From: Candidatus Hydrogenedens sp.
GTDB taxonomy: Bacteria; Hydrogenedentota; Hydrogenedentia; Hydrogenedentales; Hydrogenedentaceae
NCBI GenBank assembly: GCA_049968235.1
Contig: JBMFRC010000030.1
Location: 1-27,333, forward strand
DNA length: 27,333 nucleotides
Direction of reading: 5' to 3'
The translations under genes and the position numbers were made by a program. The notes below the pieces were generated by a model. The model was given only the letters and a program-made list of their open reading frames with translations, ran no database searches and was not told where the DNA came from. Positions 1 through 6,200 of this stretch are shown piece by piece. Positions within the stretch are counted from its first letter, which is position 1. Each line of letters begins with the position of its first letter.

Positions 1-2480
1 CCACCACCGCCACCATGGCCACCAGCAAGATAAAGATTATTTGCAGGAGCCGTAAACTCTGCATGATTACCATTACTACCATTCCCTCCAGAAACTCCAC
101 TTGCACCAATTGTCCCATTTCCCCCATTAGAACCATTTCCCCCACTGCTTCCTGCTGTTACATTCACGCAGTTTTGGGCTGTGCTTCCAATCCCAATAGA
201 ACCACCTGTACCAACACTGCCACCATTTGCATTCGTGGGAGAAATTCCTCCTGGAGTCCCTCCTGTTCCTCCACTTCCTGCTATTCCCTGTTGACCGAAA
301 CCCAATTGCCCATTTGATCCATTCATTCCTACTTCTCCCGAATTGCCAGCAAGACCTATCCCCCCGGGAGTGCCAGGATTGGAAGTTCCATTTTGACCAT
401 TACCGCCATTACTATTATTTCCACCGGCTCCACCTGTCGCTTGAGCACCTCCATAACCACCCATTGAACCACCTGCTCCACCTGTTCCTCCAGCACCACC
501 CGAACCACCGTTTCCTCCTACGCCTCCACCAGCCCTGCCTGGAACGGTGCCCGATACATCCAGTGTCGTATTCCATGTTATATCTTTTGTAGCAGATATG
601 ACCAGCGGATTTATTCCGGAGACATTCACCGTAACTCCTGATGGAACATATATTGTTTCAAAGTCAAATTTGCTAACATAATTCCCGCTACCCATATCAA
701 CAGAACGACCTGAAATTGCAAGTCTTCCGTTTACCCTATAGAAAGGCTGATATATTTGATCTCCCGTATAAATTGTTAATATGTCTCCCGAATTTAAAAT
801 TAAATTTCCAAGTTTTCCATTGCTTCTATAAAGTTCATCGATTGTAAAGGTAGGTTCCTGAAATAAATAGTTTGAATATATCTCTGTGTAATTGGTATTT
901 CCTACAAGGTCAGTGCAAACCCCCGCATTTATAACAACATTTACATAAAAATCAGAACTTCGGTTTACATTAATATGAAATTGATAATTCGCTCCACTAC
1001 CTGAGAAATTTGTTATTTGTGCTGACCCATTACCGGATGTCATTAACATAATATCATCTGCAGTAAATCCTTTGACAGGCTCGCTAAATTCTACAGAAAA
1101 AATCGTATAGTCATTCGTTGTAGGCGATGGTGTCGTAGGTGTGATTTGAATAAATGGCCGAGAAGTATCTACTGTATAAACTTCTCCTGTTGTAAAATTC
1201 CCATTTCCACTTCCAAATATTACACCCAAATTATTTCCTAATATTCTCCAGTTATCATCAACAATAGTATCTCTATCTAAAAAATCGATACTGAAGTTAC
1301 CATTACCTGTTCCTCGATTAACCGTTACAGTTCTTGTGGTTCCACTTCCTGTAACCGATATAATAGATGTACCTGAGAACCCCGGAGCGTCAATTATAAA
1401 ATCAGCAGGAGTAACTACAGATACAGGTTCGCTAAATGTAACTATAAATTGTAAAGTTGGATTACGAGTGGGATTTTGAGCAGATATATCTCTTTTAATT
1501 GAAACAACGAAAGGTGGTGTTGTATCTATTAGCCAATCAAATATATGCTGAAATAAAGAATTTTCAAATATTATTCTATACCCTTCTTCATTCAGATGAA
1601 TAGGGTCTGTTCCATTATTTCCCATTGCGGACATTGGAGATGGGTAATCGATGTTTCCTCCCGGAAGGGGAGTATATGAAGGAGGATGCCCGGGGTAAGG
1701 AGTTGTATTCATCGGAAATGGTGGAAAAAAAGTATCTGTAAAAATTTCTCCTTCACTATTAGAGTTAGATTTAAGATAATATCCATTATGACCATACCAA
1801 TATTGTTGTAAACCAAAACTATGAACATATTCTGTTCTGTATCGAGTTGCAGAAATCAATATTTTTCTTAAACCCAATTCGTAAAAAGCCTGATTTAATT
1901 CTGCAGGTGTCGGATAGTCCATTTGTATATATAATTCCTGAGCTAATTCAACCCCTTCAAGAGCAAGTTCATAAATATTGATATAATCATAATCTGCCAA
2001 AGCAATTTTTACATCGGGTCGAATTGATAAAATATAATCCACTACAGTTTGAATATTTTGCTGTATCGTGTCAAAAATATCATTATTACCCCCAGGTTGA
2101 GGAAGCATCCCCTTTTTCCAATTTTTTAATATATCATTAAGACCAAGTGACAAGTAAACAATATCTGCAGTTGGATTATTCAATAATGCATTTTGGAGAG
2201 AATAAGTTCTTAGTGGCATATTGCTATCTTTAAAATTCGGGACATCACTTGCCCAATCCTCTGCTGTTGTTCCACTAACTGCTGTTGTATCTCCAATGAC
2301 ACTAACATCGTTAAAACCATAATAATTTAAAACATCACCCCAGACATTGTATTCCAAAATTTTTTCTGCCCAGTCATCTCCTACTACAAGTATTCTTGCT
2401 GTCTGTGCGTATCCATTTACAACAGCAAAAATAACAAAAATAAAAACGATAGAATAATTAAGATAGTAAAACCTTCTCAT
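1..2480 (-). CDS. Giant secreted/cell-surface protein, paralog A (partial: start at 2480, C-terminal part lies beyond the window start). Signal peptide, SGNH/GDSL-fold hydrolase-like domain with GDD in place of GDS, two Ig-like domains opening with DTTPP, a beta-solenoid-like segment and a Gly-rich GGxGGx tract
   Basis: Hand translation of the reverse strand from the ATG at 2478-2480. A GGAGGAAGG Shine-Dalgarno lies 4-12 nt upstream (reverse complement of 2484-2492). The protein reads MRRFYYLNYSIVFIFVIFAVVNGYAQTARILVVGDDWAEK...SLGLNDIL...DPIHLNEEGY...DTTPPFVVSI...SGSGTTRTVTVNRGTGNGNFSIDF...ITWNTTLDVSGTVPGRAGGGVGGNGGSGG...APANNLYLAGGHGGGGG and is still open at position 1. It is collinear at protein level with the + strand gene at 2702..8558. 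It is absent from the ORF track only because it has no in-window stop. The track ORFs 15..317 and 227..592 are antisense or frame-shifted low-complexity artefacts of it. Confidence 0.8.
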   Translation of the reverse strand, partial: MRRFYYLNYSIVFIFVIFAVVNGYAQTARILVVGDDWAEKILEYNVWGDVLNYYGFNDVSVIGDTTAVSGTTAEDWASDVPNFKDSNMPLRTYSLQNALLNNPTADIVYLSLGLNDILKNWKKGMLPQPGGNNDIFDTIQQNIQTVVDYILSIRPDVKIALADYDYINIYELALEGVELAQELYIQMDYPTPAELNQAFYELGLRKILISATRYRTEYVHSFGLQQYWYGHNGYYLKSNSNSEGEIFTDTFFPPFPMNTTPYPGHPPSYTPLPGGNIDYPSPMSAMGNNGTDPIHLNEEGYRIIFENSLFQHIFDWLIDTTPPFVVSIKRDISAQNPTRNPTLQFIVTFSEPVSVVTPADFIIDAPGFSGTSIISVTGSGTTRTVTVNRGTGNGNFSIDFLDRDTIVDDNWRILGNNLGVIFGSGNGNFTTGEVYTVDTSRPFIQITPTTPSPTTNDYTIFSVEFSEPVKGFTADDIMLMTSGNGSAQITNFSGSGANYQFHINVNRSSDFYVNVVINAGVCTDLVGNTNYTEIYSNYLFQEPTFTIDELYRSNGKLGNLILNSGDILTIYTGDQIYQPFYRVNGRLAISGRSVDMGSGNYVSKFDFETIYVPSGVTVNVSGINPLVISATKDITWNTTLDVSGTVPGRAGGGVGGNGGSGGAGGTGGAGGSMGGYGGAQATGGAGGNNSNGGNGQNGTSNPGTPGGIGLAGNSGEVGMNGSNGQLGFGQQGIAGSGGTGGTPGGISPTNANGGSVGTGGSIGIGSTAQNCVNVTAGSSGGNGSNGGNGTIGASGVSGGNGSNGNHAEFTAPANNLYLAGGHGGGG

Positions 2481-2701
2481 TTGCCTTCCTCCAATAATTA
2501 CCAGTCTTAATTAATATGATAAAACACATACAAAAATACCACTAATTAAATTATAGCGGAAATTGTATATAAAAGTCAATAGTTTTAAGAAAAAAAATTA
2601 TTATTTTTAAATTGTAGAATTATGTAAAAATTGATTTATGAATTTTTAATGTTTTATGTTAAAATAATAAAACAAAGGAATTAATTTACGAGAGAATGAA
2701 T
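2481..2701. promoter_or_regulatory. AT-rich divergent intergenic region expected to carry the promoters of both giant paralog genes
   Basis: A 221-bp, very AT-rich spacer between the two outward-facing start codons (2480 on the minus strand, 2702 on the plus strand). I could not place confident -35/-10 hexamers. Confidence 0.35.
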
Positions 2702-3286
2702 ATGTGTTTGTTCAAAAGATTTTTTCGAGTAATACTCTTATCCATTTTGTTATGAGGGCTTTCTTCCTTTGCTTATTCTGCAACACTTCGTATTTTAATT
2801 GTCGGGGACAGTTGGGCAGAAATTATTTGGAATGATTCTATTTGGCCCTATGTATTAAATTACTATGGATTGAGTGATTGGAGTGTTCAAGGTGATAAGG
2901 TTGCCATAGGCGGAACAACTGCCGAACATTTTGCAGATGACTGGCCTAATCCGCGAGATAACAATAACCCTGTGCGAACATATTCCCTTCGAAATGCAAT
3001 TATGAATAATCCAACGATTGATATAGTTCATCTCAGTTTAGGAGGGAATGACCTACTCTGGAAATGGAAAAATGGTATGCAACCGCAACCGGGTCCTAAT
3101 AACGATGTATTTGATGAAATAGAACAGGACCTGACTACTGTAGTGGATTACATTCTCTCGCTCCGTCCAGACATTAAAGCAGGTTTAGTTGACTATGACT
3201 TCGTAAATATATGGGAATTAGCCCTCGCAGGGAATCAGGCGGCAATTCTAATGCAGGCTAACTTAGATAATCCATACGCCAAGTGA
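2702..3286 (+). pseudogene. Disrupted N-terminal part of giant surface protein paralog B: signal peptide plus SGNH/GDSL hydrolase domain interrupted by an in-frame TGA (2753-2755) and a frameshift near 3274-3276
   Basis: ATG at 2702 gives MCLFKRFFRVILLSILL, then TGA, then in the same frame GLSSFAYSATLRILIVGDSWAEIIWND...SLGGNDLL... This aligns residue for residue with paralog A (ILVVGDDWAE, SLGLNDIL). Frame 1 ends ...LDNPYAK-TGA at 3284-3286. Homology to paralog A (DYPTPAELNQAF) continues in the +1 frame as HTPSELNSAF. The track ORF 2870..3286 is an internal-Met fragment that would lack both the signal peptide and the GDS block. Confidence 0.6.
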
Positions 3287-3287
3287 A

Positions 3288-6200
3288 TTGAACTCCGCTT
3301 TTGTGGAATTAGGCTGGCGTAAGCGGAATATTGCAAATACACGCAATCGTGTCGCATATATCCATAATTTCGGTTTGCAACAATATAGACACGGTCATCC
3401 GGGATTCTGGGATAAGGGACCTGTCTATCGTCCGGCGTTTGCAAGTAATATAAGTCCCATCCCTGGCGACCCAACTGATTATATCCCCTATCCCGGTGGA
3501 TTTATCGAATATCCTACTCCGCGAGTAGGGCTTGCAAATAATGGTAATGACCCGATACATTTAAATACAACAGGCTATCGTGATTTATGCGGGTATGCAT
3601 TATATCAATTTTTTGCAAATTGGTTAATTGACACGACACCACCGTTTGTGGCATCTATCACACGCAATCCATCTGCTCCTAATCCTACCAATACGCAAAC
3701 ATTAGAATTTATAGTCACATTTACAGAACCAGTAACAAATGTAACTCTGGATGATTTTGTCATTGAGGGGATAGGTTTCAGTGGTGCATCTTTGGTATCT
3801 ATTTCGGGTTCAGGAACGACACGAACAGTAACAATAAACCGAGGCACAGGACAGGGAGACATTAGTATAGACCTAATCGACCGTGATACGATTTACGACA
3901 TGAACTGGCGTGTGCTTGGCAATGCTCTGGGACAAAACTTTGGGGCAGGTAACGCGAATTACACCGCTGGCGAATACTATACAATCGATACAACCTCACC
4001 AACTGTTCTCATTACAGCGGATACGCCTCAACCTAATGAAACCACTTATGCAACATTCACTACAACTTTCAGTGAACCGGTTACAGGATTTACCGCAAGC
4101 GATATACAATTAACTGTGTCGGGTTCAGGTATTGCACAAGTTACAAATTTTTCGGGTAGTGGAGCAACGTACAATTTTGGCATCACCGTGGCAAGGAGTT
4201 CCGACATCTTCGTAACAGTTAATATTCCAAACGGTATTTGCTCGGATATAGCAGGAAATCCCAATCAAGGTTACACCTATGATAATTACTATTTTAAACT
4301 CCCGCCTTTTGCTTCCACAGATGTTTATCTAAGTAATGGTACGCTTGGTGATTTGACAGTAAATTCAGGAGATATACTTGTTTTCTATACTGGCACCAAC
4401 ACACTACCACCTTATTACCAAATTAACTCCGGAATGCAAATACAGGGACAGTTATTAGACATAGGGAGTGGCAACAAAGTGGGCAAGTTTAACTTTCAGT
4501 CAATTTATGTTCCATCAGGGGTGAGCATTACTGTTTCAGGAACAAATCCATTAGTAATAGCAGGAACGAAAGATATTACATGGAATTCGCCTGTGGATGT
4601 ATCCGGTGCCGTTCCTGGACGGGCAGGAGGTGGTGTAGGTGGTAGTAGTGGTTCTGGCGGGAATGGTGGTCCCGGTGGTGTAGGCGGAACTTCAGGCGGT
4701 TCTGGTGCTTTATCTGCTCCTGGTGGTGCTGGAGGTGATTATAGCAATGGTGGTCAAGGACAACCCGGGACATCCTATTCTGGATATGCAGGTGGTGCAG
4801 GTGGGCAAGGCTCTGTCGGTCAGAATGGCTCCGCAGGTGCCAGTGGAACAGTTGGTTTCAACGGTATGGGTAGTCCAGGCTCAGGAGGAGGTGGTGGCTC
4901 TGGTGGTCCAGCATCGCCTGTGTGGGGTAATGGCGGTTCAGCCGGGTCTGGTGGTCCATCGGGCGGAGGCGGAGGAGGTAAGACCTGCGAAAATGGAAAT
5001 CCAGGTGGAAATGATGGTGATGGCTACAATGGCGGAAACGCAAATCCCGGTGCTCCTGGAAATAACGGTCAAAACGGTTCACCTGGCGGAAATGCCTCAT
5101 TTATAGCGCCGGCGAATGACTTGACCTTAGCAGGTGGTGCAGGAGGAGGCGGAGGAGGCGGAGGAGGCGGAGGTAGTGGTGGTCAAGGTGGTGGAAAAGG
5201 AGGAGGTGGTGGTAGTGGTGGTAGTGGAGGCGGTGGAGGTGGAGCGTGGAATGCTCCATGTCATAATTGTTCAGGTTCCGCAATAGATGGTTTTGGTGGT
5301 GTTGGCGGAATTGGCGGAGCAGGTGGTGCCGGCGGAAACGGTGGAAATGGTGGTACTGCCCCTAAGGCAAGAGATGGTGGAAAGGGTGGTGATAGATGCG
5401 GTGTCATAGTCCTATCTGCTCGTGGACTTGTTGTATTTGGAGGACAAATCAACATTTCTGCAAGTGCACCTGGTAGCGGTGGAACGACAGTGCCTGCGAA
5501 CCCTGGCTCAGCAGGTGTCGACCCCGGCAACAACTGGGGTTGGGGAAGCGGTGGAGGTAATGGCACACAAGGATACTGGGCTAACTCAATAGGATGGTGT
5601 TTCCCTGTTGAGTCCAATGGCGGAAATGGCGGTTCCGGTGGTCGCGGCGGTAGGGGTGGAATAGGGGGTACTGGAGGGCAGAGTAGAACATCCGGTGCCG
5701 GTGGTATCGGCGGATTGGGAACACCAGGTATGTTTAAACTACACGGCAGTATAATTCTTACCTCTGGCGGATTGGTTGTATGCAATAACCATACCACGGA
5801 TGCAAGTTCGAATATTATCGGCAGATTTACACACATCTCAAATATGCGTTCACCGACCTACCCTGCTTTCTCTGATGATATCCTCATTGGTGCTACGCAG
5901 AATGATGCCGTGCTGAAAGCACCTGCCCCTTACAATTTACTAATATCTGCTCCACTAATTCCACAATTGGTTGGCGGACCGGCTACCGGCGGTTTCACTG
6001 AATCCGATTTCTGGAATAAATCGCAAGTGAATACACCGGGAATAGACCTGGTAGAGAAGGTGGAACTTTCCGGTTCCAATTCGCCATTCAAGGATTTTAA
6101 ACAAATATTCCTCGTTAATAACGGTGGTGTAGATGCAAAAGAAGTAGAACTTTATGTAGATGGTTCACCGACATACTATATCGGTATCATTCCGAGTGGT

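Noticed and set aside
15-592. Track ORFs 15..317 and 227..592 on the + strand (Cys/Thr/Ser/His/Leu-rich low-complexity translations)
   Set aside because: They are antisense or out-of-frame readings of the Gly-rich coding tract of the real minus-strand gene at 1..2480. The only unusual feature is low-complexity composition.
2753-3286. Possibility that TGA is a sense codon (code 4/25), which would make paralog B one uninterrupted gene
   Set aside because: TGA terminates the second dehydrogenase (344 aa, normal length) and the DUF4091 protein. The second lesion is a frame change, not a stop. Standard code 11 fits every other gene.
4612-5740. Collagen-like triple-helix repeat
   Set aside because: Gly is not consistently at every third position and there is no Pro/Hyp-rich X-Y content. 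The pattern is GGxGGx, PGRS-like.
4576-5836. Minus-strand ORFs 4576..4773, 4858..5100, 5101..5283 and 5261..5836 (His/Leu- or Pro-rich) and + ORF 4705..5106
   Set aside because: They are artefacts of the GGN-rich tract: the antisense of Gly codons reads as Pro and shifted frames read as His/Leu/Val-rich. None has a start context or homology, and all lie inside the 3288..8558 ORF.
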